DNA from: Candidatus Levyibacteriota bacterium
GTDB lineage: Bacteria > Patescibacteriota > Microgenomatia > Levybacterales > UBA12049
Length of the DNA: 64,000 nucleotides
Reading direction: 5' to 3'
NCBI GenBank assembly: GCA_018061075.1
Contig: JAGOUW010000001.1
Coordinates: 12,401 to 76,400, forward strand
The notes beneath the pieces were generated by a model, which saw only the letters and a list, made by a program, of their open reading frames with translations, had not been told where the DNA came from and did no database searches. Positions 53,538 through 62,651 of this stretch are shown one piece after another (position 1 is the first letter of the stretch; the number at the start of each line of letters is the position of its first letter). The position numbers were made by a program, and so were the translations under genes.

Positions 53538-54221
53538 ATGCCTGATATTTTTGTAGGAAATCCTGCTCAACCTCAATCAGAAGCAAAGGAAACCTCTGAG
53601 GTAAAAACTGTGGAAGAACCTGTCCAGCCAAAACCACATATAACTCCCCAGAAAGGAAAACACGCTCATAGTCATCTATTCTCGGCTTACTGTGATCATC
53701 CAAATGCAGTAAGAGTTGCCGATCTTCAAGACGATGAGGAAACTCTTCTATACTTAAGAAGGCATTTTATTACAAATGTTCCATGGATAATAAGAGCCAT
53801 AGGATCTGCTTTAGTTTTTCCTTTCATGTTTTACGTTAATTCCTTCGGAATTATTGATATCTCGTCTATTCCCTATGAATTTATAATTTTTGCTACAATT
53901 TTTTATTATCAGATCGTTTTTTCATATGTATTTATCAAATATTTAAGCTGGTTTTATAATATTTCCTTAGTTACAAATAAAAGAATTATTGATATCGACT
54001 TTTCAAGTCTTATTTATGAAAATGTGGACGCTACGAAGCTTTCTCAAGTTGAGGACGTTGGCTATTCTCAAATCGGAATAGTTAGATCAATTTTTGATTA
54101 TGGAGATGTTAATCTTCATACAGCAGGCCCTACTTCAAATTTTGAGTTCCTAGCTGTTCCCCATCCTGAAAGAGTAATTAAAACAATAAATAACTTGATA
54201 GGAAAAACAAAACATGCTTGA
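53538..54221 (+). CDS. bacterial PH-domain (bPH_2/DUF304, YdbS/T-like) membrane protein
   Basis: Two TM helices, then NKRIIDIDFSSLIYENVDATKLSQVEDVGYSQIGIVRSIFDYGDV typical of bPH_2. Confidence 0.55.
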   Translation: MPDIFVGNPAQPQSEAKETSEVKTVEEPVQPKPHITPQKGKHAHSHLFSAYCDHPNAVRVADLQDDEETLLYLRRHFITNVPWIIRAIGSALVFPFMFYVNSFGIIDISSIPYEFIIFATIFYYQIVFSYVFIKYLSWFYNISLVTNKRIIDIDFSSLIYENVDATKLSQVEDVGYSQIGIVRSIFDYGDVNLHTAGPTSNFEFLAVPHPERVIKTINNLIGKTKHA

Positions 54222-54441
54222 TTTAATTATAAATTTCTTTCAATTTCTAACAATTCTCAAATTTGCATTTCTATTATTAAATTTAATAGCGATAATATTT
54301 CTTTTAATAGTTTATAAACAAGCTCGAGCAATGCAAAAAGTAGTCGATGACGGCGCCAGCTCAATATTACTTAATTCAATTGCGTTAATTAATGCTATAA
54401 TAGGAATGATTATTTTTGTTGCTGCCCTAATCATTCTATAG
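54214..54441 (+). CDS. small membrane protein (75 aa, 2 TM)
   Basis: ORF overlapping the upstream stop by 8 nt; hydrophobic. Confidence 0.4.
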   Translation: MLDLIINFFQFLTILKFAFLLLNLIAIIFLLIVYKQARAMQKVVDDGASSILLNSIALINAIIGMIIFVAALIIL

Positions 54442-54491
54442 AGTGAGTTATTATTTATAGAAATTGACCGGCCAAGAGCCGAAAAGATGAA

Positions 54492-56438
54492 ATGGCAGAA
54501 ACAAATCTAGCATTTAGTAAAGTAGTAGCAACCCCTACGCCTACAGCCTGGTCTCAGGCATATAGCGCAGGACGGCTCTTTGCTGCATTATCTCTCCAAA
54601 CTGACGCAATCCCCCAGGAAGGAGAAGAACATTTAAATTCCTTAGGCAAAGATCTGATCTCAACTTTAGAGAGCGAATTTTTTACTCTTGAGAAAAAAGA
54701 TCTTGAATCAATCAAACAAGCTGTTACTACGACTGCGGAAAGAGTAAAAGATGGAGTAAGACTTTCATTCGTTATCTGCTATTTAAATGAAAATGTTCTT
54801 TATCTTTTTGCAACAGGAGGCGGAAAATCGATTCTTAAAAGAGGTGAAAAAATTGGAACAGTCTTAGAAGCAATAGAAGATAATGCAATTAAATCTGCAT
54901 CAGGATATGTTCAGGAAGGCGACATAATAGTTTTACAAACCAAATCATTTACGAAAATTATCCCATCTTCCGTTCTTGCTCAAGCTTTAGACAGCGATAA
55001 ACCTGAGGAAATATCAGAAAATCTAGCTCCCCATCTTCATGAAAAAACAGAAGGAGCAGCCTCAGCTGTAGTTCTTTTATATAAAAAGATGACAGCCCAA
55101 GAACTCTCACAAGTAGGACTCGAAGATTCTGAAACGGAAGCTATTGACGAGAACAGTGATCAAGCTGAGGTTCAAGATATTCCTGAAAAATCAATTGAAA
55201 CCCAAACAGAAGAAAAAACAGATGAAGCGCCAACTCAAGAAACTACAAATGAAACACTTGAAACCCAAACAGAAGGTTTGGAAAAATCAGAAACAGGATT
55301 TAATGAATCTCCGGAAGCAAAAATCGGAGAAGAAAAACCAACACAATTAGAAACTACAGAGACTCCATCTCCATTCCTAACTGATCAGATTCCAACAAGA
55401 AGAAGAAAAATGTCCATGGGTGCAAACTTAGGATTCTTAAAAAAACTCCCAGGAAATTTGGGACACTCAAGAAAAATTATCCTAACTATTGTAATAGCTT
55501 TAATAGTCGTTATTGTAATTAGTGGAATTTTAGCTCTATTTAACAGGCAAAACAAAGGTACTGAGGAAAAATTCGCAGGAGTATTTAACGTTGCTCAGGA
55601 AAAATATGATGAAGGAGTTAGCCTAAAAGATCTAAATAGCGCTCTAGCTCAAGAAAGCTTTAGGGAAGCTAAAAGAATTTTAGATGAAAACAAAGACACA
55701 TTTAAAGAGGGCTCGGACGAAGACGATCAAATAGAAAAACTGCTTACAAAAGTAAATAATGAAGTAGGCAGCTCAAGCGAGGGAGGAGTAAATGCGCCTG
55801 AGGTTGATAAATCAGAAAGCAATCTTCTTTCTCTTGAAATTGATAACGAGGATGGAACGCACTTTACACAAAACGAAGATTTCGTATATTTCCTGGATGA
55901 CAGCGGTGCAAATTCAATAGACAAAGGGAATGATACTAAAGAGGCTCTATTTGATAAATCATGGAAAAATGCGGGTGGAATTGGAGTTTTCGGATCTAAC
56001 ATTTACGTTTTAGATAAAGACACTGGAATCTCTAAATTTGTTCCCAGCGAAGATGATTACACAGAAAGCGATTACTTGACAGAAGAAGTAGATCTCTCGG
56101 ACGCATCAGGATTGGCAATTGACGGATCAATTTATATCTTATTTAGCAACGGCTCAATTAACAAATATACAAAAGGTGCTGAGGATGACTTTGAAGTAAG
56201 CGGAATTGATAAAGAAATGTCCTCCCCTACTAGAATTGTGACTGGGGAAGATTTTGATAATATCTACGTCCTTGATAATGGCAATGCGCGAGTAGTTGTT
56301 TTAGATAAAACAGGCAAATTCGTAAAATCCTATCAAGCAGGTGTCGCTAAAAACGCGACTGACATAGACGTAGATGAAGCAAATAATGCGATCTTCGTCC
56401 TCTCAAATAGTAAAATCTTCAAAATAGACATAAATTAA
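54492..56438 (+). CDS. large membrane protein: N-terminal cytoplasmic domain, acidic linker, one TM, C-terminal beta-propeller-like repeats
   Basis: 648 aa. A TM segment lies around ILTIVIALIVVIVISGILALF. C-terminal repeated NIYVLD / SIYILF / NIYVLDNG / AIFVLSN blades (NHL/YVTN-like). Confidence 0.5.
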   Translation: MAETNLAFSKVVATPTPTAWSQAYSAGRLFAALSLQTDAIPQEGEEHLNSLGKDLISTLESEFFTLEKKDLESIKQAVTTTAERVKDGVRLSFVICYLNENVLYLFATGGGKSILKRGEKIGTVLEAIEDNAIKSASGYVQEGDIIVLQTKSFTKIIPSSVLAQALDSDKPEEISENLAPHLHEKTEGAASAVVLLYKKMTAQELSQVGLEDSETEAIDENSDQAEVQDIPEKSIETQTEEKTDEAPTQETTNETLETQTEGLEKSETGFNESPEAKIGEEKPTQLETTETPSPFLTDQIPTRRRKMSMGANLGFLKKLPGNLGHSRKIILTIVIALIVVIVISGILALFNRQNKGTEEKFAGVFNVAQEKYDEGVSLKDLNSALAQESFREAKRILDENKDTFKEGSDEDDQIEKLLTKVNNEVGSSSEGGVNAPEVDKSESNLLSLEIDNEDGTHFTQNEDFVYFLDDSGANSIDKGNDTKEALFDKSWKNAGGIGVFGSNIYVLDKDTGISKFVPSEDDYTESDYLTEEVDLSDASGLAIDGSIYILFSNGSINKYTKGAEDDFEVSGIDKEMSSPTRIVTGEDFDNIYVLDNGNARVVVLDKTGKFVKSYQAGVAKNATDIDVDEANNAIFVLSNSKIFKIDIN

Positions 56439-56474
56439 ATTTACAAATTTCCTCTTTTGGCGTATTATTGCCAT

Positions 56475-56909
56475 ATGAAAATCACCAACAAGCGTGCGTT
56501 TTATGACTATCTAATTACAGATAGATTTGAGGCTGGTATAAATCTGAATGGAGCTGAAGTTAAAGCTATAAAAATGGAACATGCAGATTTAACCGGAAGC
56601 TACGTTAGAATTATTGGTTCTGAAGCTTATTTAGTAAATGCAAAAGTTTTCCCTTATGAGTTTGCTAGACCTGAAAATTATGACGAGAGTAGAACCAGAA
56701 AACTTCTTTTACATAAAAGAGAGATAATTAGCCTAAAACATAAGACAGATGGAGCGAATTTAACACTAGTTCCAATCTCTTTTTATGAGACACATGGCTT
56801 AATAAAACTTGAGGTAGGAGTTGGCAAAGGAAAGAAGAAATTTGATAAAAAAACAGCAAAGAAAAAGGCAGATTTGGACCGCGAAATTGAGCAGGAACTA
56901 GCCTCGTAA
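56475..56909 (+). CDS. smpB: SsrA-binding protein SmpB (start at internal Met MKITNK)
   Basis: ITNKRAFYDY...GAEVKAIK...LLLHKREI SmpB signature. Confidence 0.9.
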   Translation: MKITNKRAFYDYLITDRFEAGINLNGAEVKAIKMEHADLTGSYVRIIGSEAYLVNAKVFPYEFARPENYDESRTRKLLLHKREIISLKHKTDGANLTLVPISFYETHGLIKLEVGVGKGKKKFDKKTAKKKADLDREIEQELAS

Positions 56910-56949
56910 ACTTGACTTTTGAAGCTAAATTTGATACCATACGTGCCTT

Positions 56950-57338
56950 GGGGATGCATTGCATCGACAAGATCAGTACTTTAATAATTGCAAGCCGTCC
57001 ACGATTAAAAGACGTAAAATTTGATCAAAAATAAATGTTTCAAAAACATTTAACGCTATAGGGAGAGCTTTCTCTCCTTCTAGTGCTCAACCAGCTTTAG
57101 CATACGCTTAAGCTCTTGAGCTGTTCACTATGTCCTTCTCTCAGTGAGGCATTTTGAGCATAAAATCAGCTGGGAAAACTGTAAAGAAGCTGGTTAGCTC
57201 TTTATTGTAATTATAACCTCGGCTCTATTTATGGATGTTAATTTTCAAAGAATAGAGTGATCAAAATAATAATTAACTAAGCTTGTAGATATTTTAAATT
57301 GCATTTCTTGCACTCGGGATCACTTCCCGACATCTCCA
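56950..57338 (+). ncRNA. ssrA: tmRNA (transfer-messenger RNA)
   Basis: tRNA-like ends: 5' GGGGAUG pairs with 3' CAUCUCC, including G3:U70. T-arm UCGGG-AUCACUU-CCCGA. Discriminator A. Internal tag ORF ...GCU CAA CCA GCU UUA GCA UAC GCU UAA (..AQPALAYA*). Immediately downstream of smpB and followed by a terminator. Confidence 0.65.
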
Positions 57339-57342
57339 CAAC

Positions 57343-57369
57343 TAAAAAACCCGCTCGTAGCGGGTTTTT
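57343..57369 (+). terminator. Rho-independent terminator after ssrA
   Basis: AAAAAACCCGCU-CGU-AGCGGGUUUUUU hairpin plus U-run. Confidence 0.7.
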
Positions 57370-57377
57370 TAATAAAT

Positions 57378-58298
57378 ATGAACAGAGCTGAATACGGACC
57401 AAATTCTGGCCCAAATAATTTAAGGTTTAATCCCTCGGGAGCTTTAATAAGAGTAGCAAGCGAGGCTGCTCCAATTCTGGGCGGTCAAAGCGCATTACTT
57501 ACTCAAGCTGCGGATCCACGAGTTGGCGAACTCTTGGTTCACACTGGTGAAATTCAAAGAAACACGCTTGGAAGACTAAGATTAAATGCAACGCTTGGAT
57601 TTGATATTATTCATGGTACCAATGCGGAAGCAGAAGAGGCATTAACGCGCATAAACAATGTCCATGCAAATCCAAATTTTAGACGTAAACTAACTACCAC
57701 AACTGGCGCACATCAGGAAGGCAAGTCTTATTCCCCCATGACTCAAGAAGCTCAAGGAGTAGTTGCAGGAACATTAATTGTCGGCTCAGTTGAAGGATAC
57801 CAAAGATTTGTCGGTCCTTTATCTGATTCTGAAAGGAATGAATACGCTAAAGACGCGGTCTCAGGAGTTTTTGCCCCAATGGGATTAAAACCAAAAACTC
57901 TACCTGAAACATATGATGGCATCCAAATTCATCTAGAGACAATGATTTATGATGGTAGACTTGCAGTAGGTGACGCCGCTATGAGCCTGATGCCTTATAT
58001 TTTATTAGAGCATGCCTCAGTCCCAAGAGCAATCAAAAATTTTATGCGACTTCAGGCGCTTGATATGCTGCACCCAGAACTAATGAGACAATATGGTTTA
58101 AAGATTACTACTGGAGAAAGAAAAACCGCAAGAAGACGCGCAGATGATATTAAAAAAGCATTACCTCATATGCCTGATTTTATGAGACATAACCCTCAAT
58201 TCCTTACTGAAAGAAGAAGAGCAAATGGAGATACTATTACTCCCTGGCAAACGCAACACCCCAGACTTTACTCGATCCTGACTTCTTTAAGACCATAG
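57378..58298 (+). CDS. hypothetical protein (306 aa), possibly DUF2236/MpaB-like oxygenase family; GC above local average
   Basis: Long ORF with an Arg-rich C-terminus and GC-richer codon usage than its neighbours. Family assignment is tentative. Confidence 0.4.
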   Translation: MNRAEYGPNSGPNNLRFNPSGALIRVASEAAPILGGQSALLTQAADPRVGELLVHTGEIQRNTLGRLRLNATLGFDIIHGTNAEAEEALTRINNVHANPNFRRKLTTTTGAHQEGKSYSPMTQEAQGVVAGTLIVGSVEGYQRFVGPLSDSERNEYAKDAVSGVFAPMGLKPKTLPETYDGIQIHLETMIYDGRLAVGDAAMSLMPYILLEHASVPRAIKNFMRLQALDMLHPELMRQYGLKITTGERKTARRRADDIKKALPHMPDFMRHNPQFLTERRRANGDTITPWQTQHPRLYSILTSLRP

Positions 58299-58947
58299 TT
58301 GCTTCATAAATAGTGGCTCCTGTTGTCAGAACATCATCAACAATCAATATATTCATATTTTTTAAACTTTCTTCATACTTTTTCTTCACGATAAATGCAT
58401 CCTTTATGTTTTCTCTTCTCTCTTTTTTACCTAGCCCCACTTGAGTTATTGTTTCCCTAGTTCTTTCTAAACAATCTATGACTTTAATATTTAACCTTTT
58501 CCCAAGCTCTTTTGCCAAAATCTCAGCCTGATTATATCCTCTTTTTTTAAATTTCCTAGAGCTTAAGGGAACTGGGACCAAAACTAGAGGTAGATTTGAA
58601 ACTTTCGCAAACTCTTCATCTTGAATTAAAGAATCATATAGAAGATCTGCGATAAAAACAGACAAACCAAATAAGTATGGTCTGTATTTGAATTGATAAA
58701 TTAGTTTTTTAGAGATTTTATTAAAGACTACACCTGTGAAAACTCCTTCAGGGCTATTTCTCTTCCGGCAATTTGGATGTGTTTTTCCATCATATGAAGG
58801 GCTCCCACAGACTAAGCATATGTTTTTAGTATCAAAGGAAAGGTGGGAAAAACAGTTAGCGCAAAGGTAATCTCCGAATTTTTTGCAATTTACACAGTAT
58901 TTTGGGAAAATAAAATCAAGTAACCCCATAAAGATATATAAACACAA
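58237..58947 (-). CDS. comFC: ComF-family protein (double zinc ribbon plus phosphoribosyltransferase domain)
   Basis: N-terminal CxxC...CxxC (CVNCKKFGDYLCANCF...CLVCG). C-terminal PRTase motif ILIVDDVLTTGATI. Confidence 0.7.
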   Translation of the reverse strand: MCLYIFMGLLDFIFPKYCVNCKKFGDYLCANCFSHLSFDTKNICLVCGSPSYDGKTHPNCRKRNSPEGVFTGVVFNKISKKLIYQFKYRPYLFGLSVFIADLLYDSLIQDEEFAKVSNLPLVLVPVPLSSRKFKKRGYNQAEILAKELGKRLNIKVIDCLERTRETITQVGLGKKERRENIKDAFIVKKKYEESLKNMNILIVDDVLTTGATIYEATMVLKKSGSSKVWGVAFARE

Positions 58948-59511
58948 ATGGCAAAAATATTTTTATTTAGACACGCACAGAGTACAGATAACATTGAGGG
59001 AGTATTTTCAGGCAAAAGAGATCCCGATCTAACGGAATCTGGAATTGAAGAAGCTAGAAAAATTGCCCATCAGCTAAAAATAGAAAAGGTAACAAAAGCA
59101 TATACATCCCCTCAATTAAGATGCAAACATACCCTAGAAATTGTTCTTGAGCCTCATAAAGGAACAGAAATTATGGTAGTAGCAGATCCTAGAATTCGCG
59201 AAAGAGACTATGGAGATTTAACCGGAAAAAATAAGAAAAAAACCGAAGAGCTTTACCCTAAAGAATATCCAGGTTGGCATAGAGGATACGACTCTCCTCC
59301 GCCAAATGGCGAAAGCATAAAAGATGTTGAGGCTAGAGTTATGGAATTCCTAAAAGAAGTGATCGCAAATGTTTGGCAAAATGACGTGATTTTTATTTGT
59401 GCTTCAGGAAATAGTATTAGGCCATTTAGAAAACATTTTGAAAAAATGACTGATGTTCAAATGGCTTCTTATGAAAACGAGCGAGGCCGCATATACGAAT
59501 ACGAGGTTTAA
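58948..59511 (+). CDS. histidine phosphatase family protein (phosphoglycerate mutase-like)
   Basis: N-terminal IFLFRHAQSTDN (RHG-type catalytic His motif). Confidence 0.65.
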   Translation: MAKIFLFRHAQSTDNIEGVFSGKRDPDLTESGIEEARKIAHQLKIEKVTKAYTSPQLRCKHTLEIVLEPHKGTEIMVVADPRIRERDYGDLTGKNKKKTEELYPKEYPGWHRGYDSPPPNGESIKDVEARVMEFLKEVIANVWQNDVIFICASGNSIRPFRKHFEKMTDVQMASYENERGRIYEYEV

Positions 59512-59536
59512 AATGATATAATTCCCCTACGCTTCA

Positions 59537-59626
59537 GGAGGGTTCGCATAGTTGGTCCATTGCGGGGGTTTGCTAAATCCCTGAGTCGTAAGACTCACGC
59601 AGGTTCGAATCCTGTACCCTCCGCCA
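59537..59626 (+). tRNA. tRNA-Ser (anticodon GCU), type II, CCA encoded
   Basis: GGAGGGT acceptor, 3-bp D stem, anticodon loop TTGCTAA, long variable arm GAGTC..GACTC, G73. Confidence 0.8.
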
Positions 59627-59641
59627 AAATCAACAAATCAG

Positions 59642-59726
59642 GGAGGAGTCGCATAGTGGCCTAGTGCAGCGGTTTACTAAACCGCCAAATCGCAAGATTT
59701 CGAGAGTTCGAATCTCTCCTCCTCCG
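59642..59726 (+). tRNA. type II (Ser-like) tRNA with an unusual anticodon loop UUACUAA (apparent anticodon ACU); possible pseudo- or atypical tRNA
   Basis: GGAGGAG/CTCCTCC acceptor, G73, 3-bp D stem. Anticodon stem GCGGT/ACCGC. Long variable arm AAATC-GCAA-GATTT. T-arm GAGAG-TTCGAAT-CTCTC. No standard Ser, Leu or Tyr anticodon fits. Confidence 0.5.
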
Positions 59727-59805
59727 CACTTTGTAATTTAATAGGGATTGATATATTTTGCACTAATTGACAGAGAATTAAAATTGGAATATACCTAAAT
59801 TATCC

Positions 59806-60813
59806 ATGAGAAGAACTGCCAGCTTACTCTTAGGAGCCTCTTTAATAATTTTATTATCTGCTATTGTTTTAAATCGACATCACCCTGCTTCTGCTGCTAC
59901 CGCTACAAATGTCGTTATCTCAGAAATTCAAGCAAACGGTGAGAATTCAAGCGAGGACTTCATAGAGCTCTATAATCCCACTTCTTCAGATATTAATTTA
60001 GGAGATATGAGACTCGTAAAAAGAACTGCGGATGGCGATACTGATACTGACATCGTAGTATTTTCTGCATCGGATGTAATTAAAGCCCATGGATACTATC
60101 TCTGGTGCCACACTTCTCTTTCCGCAACGCTCACTTGTGATAAAACCTCAACTGACACTGTAGCTAATAATAATAGCATCGGCCTTAGAAATGAACCTAC
60201 AAATACAGGAACGTTAATAGATGCGGTCTCGTTTGGAACAGTCACAAATACTTTAGGCGAAGGAACATCATTATCAGTTCCAATTGCTTCAACAAGTGTC
60301 GAAAGAAAAGCAAATCCTACTTCTACAGCTTCTTCAATGGCCTCAGGTGGAGCTGATGAATTTATGGGAAATGGTGAGGACACAAACAATAATTCTTCTG
60401 ATTTTGTCGGAAGAACAACTCCCCAGCCACAAAACAGCCTCTCAGCAATCGAACCTATTGGAACCCCTTCAGTCACACCTAGCATATTCCCAACGGTTAC
60501 TATGACTCCAACCAATTCACCTTCTCCGACGGTTACACCCTCAACGTCTCCTTCACCAACCGTTACGCTAACTACTACGCCAAGCGTAAGTCCTTCTCCA
60601 ACTAGCACGCCTACCGTAACTATCTCACCTACTTCCATTCCAAGCCCTACTATTACGACAAGTCCAACGCCTAGCGTTTCCCCTACCCCACCTATCCCTA
60701 CCCCAAAAGTAATATTCTCAGGACCTAGATTTACCTGCGCCCTTCACTATAGACCATTAAGATTCTTTAATAAAATTATCTTCATTCCATTTGGTCAATG
60801 CACATACAACTAA
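59806..60813 (+). CDS. secreted lamin-tail-domain (LTD) protein with Pro/Thr/Ser-rich repeats
   Basis: Signal peptide. LTD-like VVISEIQANGENSSEDFIELYNPTSSDINLGDMRL. Then (S/T)P(S/T)-rich linker repeats. Confidence 0.55.
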   Translation: MRRTASLLLGASLIILLSAIVLNRHHPASAATATNVVISEIQANGENSSEDFIELYNPTSSDINLGDMRLVKRTADGDTDTDIVVFSASDVIKAHGYYLWCHTSLSATLTCDKTSTDTVANNNSIGLRNEPTNTGTLIDAVSFGTVTNTLGEGTSLSVPIASTSVERKANPTSTASSMASGGADEFMGNGEDTNNNSSDFVGRTTPQPQNSLSAIEPIGTPSVTPSIFPTVTMTPTNSPSPTVTPSTSPSPTVTLTTTPSVSPSPTSTPTVTISPTSIPSPTITTSPTPSVSPTPPIPTPKVIFSGPRFTCALHYRPLRFFNKIIFIPFGQCTYN

Positions 60814-60852
60814 GCTTGCTTAGCCTCACTTAATCAACTAAAATACACTTAT

Positions 60853-60925
60853 GCGCTTGTAGCTCAACGGATAGAGCGCAAGATTGCGGATCTTGAGGTT
60901 GTGGGTTCGATTCCCGCCAGGCGCG
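60853..60925 (+). tRNA. tRNA-Arg (anticodon GCG)
   Basis: GCGCTTG TA GCTC AACGGATA GAGC G CAAGA TTGCGGA TCTTG AGGTT GTGGG TTCGATT CCCGC CAGGCGC G. All stems pair. C35 and A20 are present. Confidence 0.7.
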
Positions 60926-60940
60926 CATTACATTCGCATT

Positions 60941-61028
60941 GGAGGGTTCGCATAGTGGACAATTGCACGAGTTTCGAAAACTCGAGGGAGTAATCTCTAC
61001 ACAGGTTCGAATCCTGTACCCTCCGCCA
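60941..61028 (+). tRNA. tRNA-Ser (anticodon CGA), type II, CCA encoded
   Basis: GGAGGGT acceptor, anticodon stem CGAGT/ACTCG with loop TTCGAAA, long variable arm, G73. Confidence 0.8.
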
Positions 61029-61032
61029 GGAG

Positions 61033-61467
61033 TTGATTATGAAATTAGAATTTTCAGCAGGTGGAATTGTTTATAAAAAAGAAGGCGGTAAAACGCTAAT
61101 TTTAGTATCCAAACATTCCCAGCACCATGGCTGGGTTTTCCCCAAAGGCTTAATTGGAGATAAAGAAGAAAATAAACACCAAACCAAAGAAGAGACTGCG
61201 GTTCGCGAAGTAAAAGAAGAAACGGGAATAATTGGAGAAATTGAGACTGAAATTAAGCCAACTTCTTATTTCTATGTTTGGGAGAAAGAGAAAATTAAAA
61301 AAACTGTTTATTATTTCATAATGAAATTTAAAGGCGGAGACATAAACGATCACGATGATGAGATGGAAGAAGTTATGTGGATAGATTATAATCAAGTTTC
61401 AGAAAAATTAACTTACGCTTCAGAAAAAGAAGCCTGGGAAGAAGCCAAAAAGCTGATCAATCAATAA
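61033..61467 (+). CDS. NUDIX hydrolase
   Basis: Nudix box GDKEENKHQTKEETAVREVKEETGI (Gx5Ex7REUxEExGU). Confidence 0.8.
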   Translation: MIMKLEFSAGGIVYKKEGGKTLILVSKHSQHHGWVFPKGLIGDKEENKHQTKEETAVREVKEETGIIGEIETEIKPTSYFYVWEKEKIKKTVYYFIMKFKGGDINDHDDEMEEVMWIDYNQVSEKLTYASEKEAWEEAKKLINQ

Positions 61468-61469
61468 TT

Positions 61470-61559
61470 GGAGAGTTCGCATAGTGGCCTAGTGCGTTCG
61501 CTTGGAAAGCGGATGTCGTCGTAAGGCGACCGGGAGTTCGAATCTCCCACTCTCCGCCA
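61470..61559 (+). tRNA. tRNA-Ser (anticodon GGA), type II, CCA encoded
   Basis: GGAGAGT acceptor, anticodon stem TTCGC/GCGGA with loop TTGGAAA, long variable arm, G73. Confidence 0.8.
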
Positions 61560-62117
61560 TTAAGAAGCTTTTTCTAGAGGAAAATTTTTGGAAAGCCAAT
61601 CCCCTGATTTTTCCATAAAAGTAGGTTTTATATATTCTCTATATGGAAGATATCTAACTAAAACATCTTTTGCGTGATCTTTAGAAATATCTCCTAATGT
61701 AATTGTTAAAATTCCTGGGAAAATACTCTTTGTTCTAATGCTTAAAATGTCCTCCCCGTTTCTTTTTGTAAAATAAAAATCATAAAGCTCATGCCAAATA
61801 TAAAAGTGGTCCTCAAGCATAAATCCTTCTGTGGAAATTTTATAATGGAAATTTTTTGGAGGTACATAGGCAAACGCAAAAGACACAAATATTAATGATG
61901 CGACTACGAACATAAGCATATACTGTGAGAAAAGGAAAAGAATTATTTCAATAAAAAATGCAATTAGAATAGCAGTCATATAAAACTGTTTTCCTCTTAC
62001 TTTAAATGGCCTACCTGGTGCTGACCAGGAAAGAAGAGTTCTTACGGTATGATCGTGCTCCTGAGGAAGTGTGTTGCTTACTCTTTGATCTTGATCGTAT
62101 TCTGGGGCAGAATCCAT
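61560..62117 (-). CDS. hypothetical membrane protein (185 aa, 2 TM)
   Basis: ORF with two central hydrophobic helices. Confidence 0.45.
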   Translation of the reverse strand: MDSAPEYDQDQRVSNTLPQEHDHTVRTLLSWSAPGRPFKVRGKQFYMTAILIAFFIEIILFLFSQYMLMFVVASLIFVSFAFAYVPPKNFHYKISTEGFMLEDHFYIWHELYDFYFTKRNGEDILSIRTKSIFPGILTITLGDISKDHAKDVLVRYLPYREYIKPTFMEKSGDWLSKNFPLEKAS

Positions 62118-62196
62118 ACCTATACTTTAACTCAACCTCATTCTATCGTCAATATTTGCTATTTGATTTTTAAACTTTTGTATAGATAATAGGACT

Positions 62197-62541
62197 ATGA
62201 ATCTAACTGATGAAATTGAATTGGTAAAAAAAGAACTACTTGAATTAATCGTTGAGCACCTGCAGCAAAACAAACTCCAAGCGCCAGAAGCCCAACAACT
62301 CGCGAGAGACTTTCTCGCAGTATTACCTATTAAAGATCAGGCAGATTTACTCAATAAATTAAAGGGTTTGGGACAGAAATATAAAGAGGCAAATGAAGTG
62401 TATCTAGAAGAACTTGAAAAAGTAACGGATGAAAAAAGAGACTTAGCGCTAAATTCTATGCGTGATTCAATAAAACAGGGACAAATTGATCAGGCAATCC
62501 AGACTGCAAAAACTCTTACTTCTAATCCTTCACAAGGCTAA
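62197..62541 (+). CDS. hypothetical protein (114 aa, predicted helical)
   Basis: ORF with a conserved-looking charged helical composition. Confidence 0.4.
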   Translation: MNLTDEIELVKKELLELIVEHLQQNKLQAPEAQQLARDFLAVLPIKDQADLLNKLKGLGQKYKEANEVYLEELEKVTDEKRDLALNSMRDSIKQGQIDQAIQTAKTLTSNPSQG

Positions 62542-62651
62542 AACTATAAATTTTCTGTAAAGTTAATATCAAGCTCCTTTTCTCATCAAATTCTATAATT
62601 CTCTTAGATTTTAAGTTAAATTGACAAAAAAGACTTATAAATCTAGACTTA

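Noticed and set aside
3956-60638. Numerous internal or antisense ORFs in the track (e.g. 3956..4180, 5256..5456, 5703..5921, 6562..6975, 7266..7466, 8088..8283, 8849..9049, 14079..14384, 14657..15115, 15442..15792, 23548..24039, 29947..30360, 35614..35907, 41728..42177, 53078..53380, 55144..55350, 60096..60638).
   Set aside because: Each overlaps a longer, motif-supported gene on the opposite strand or in another frame. Low-complexity translations are typical of shadow ORFs.
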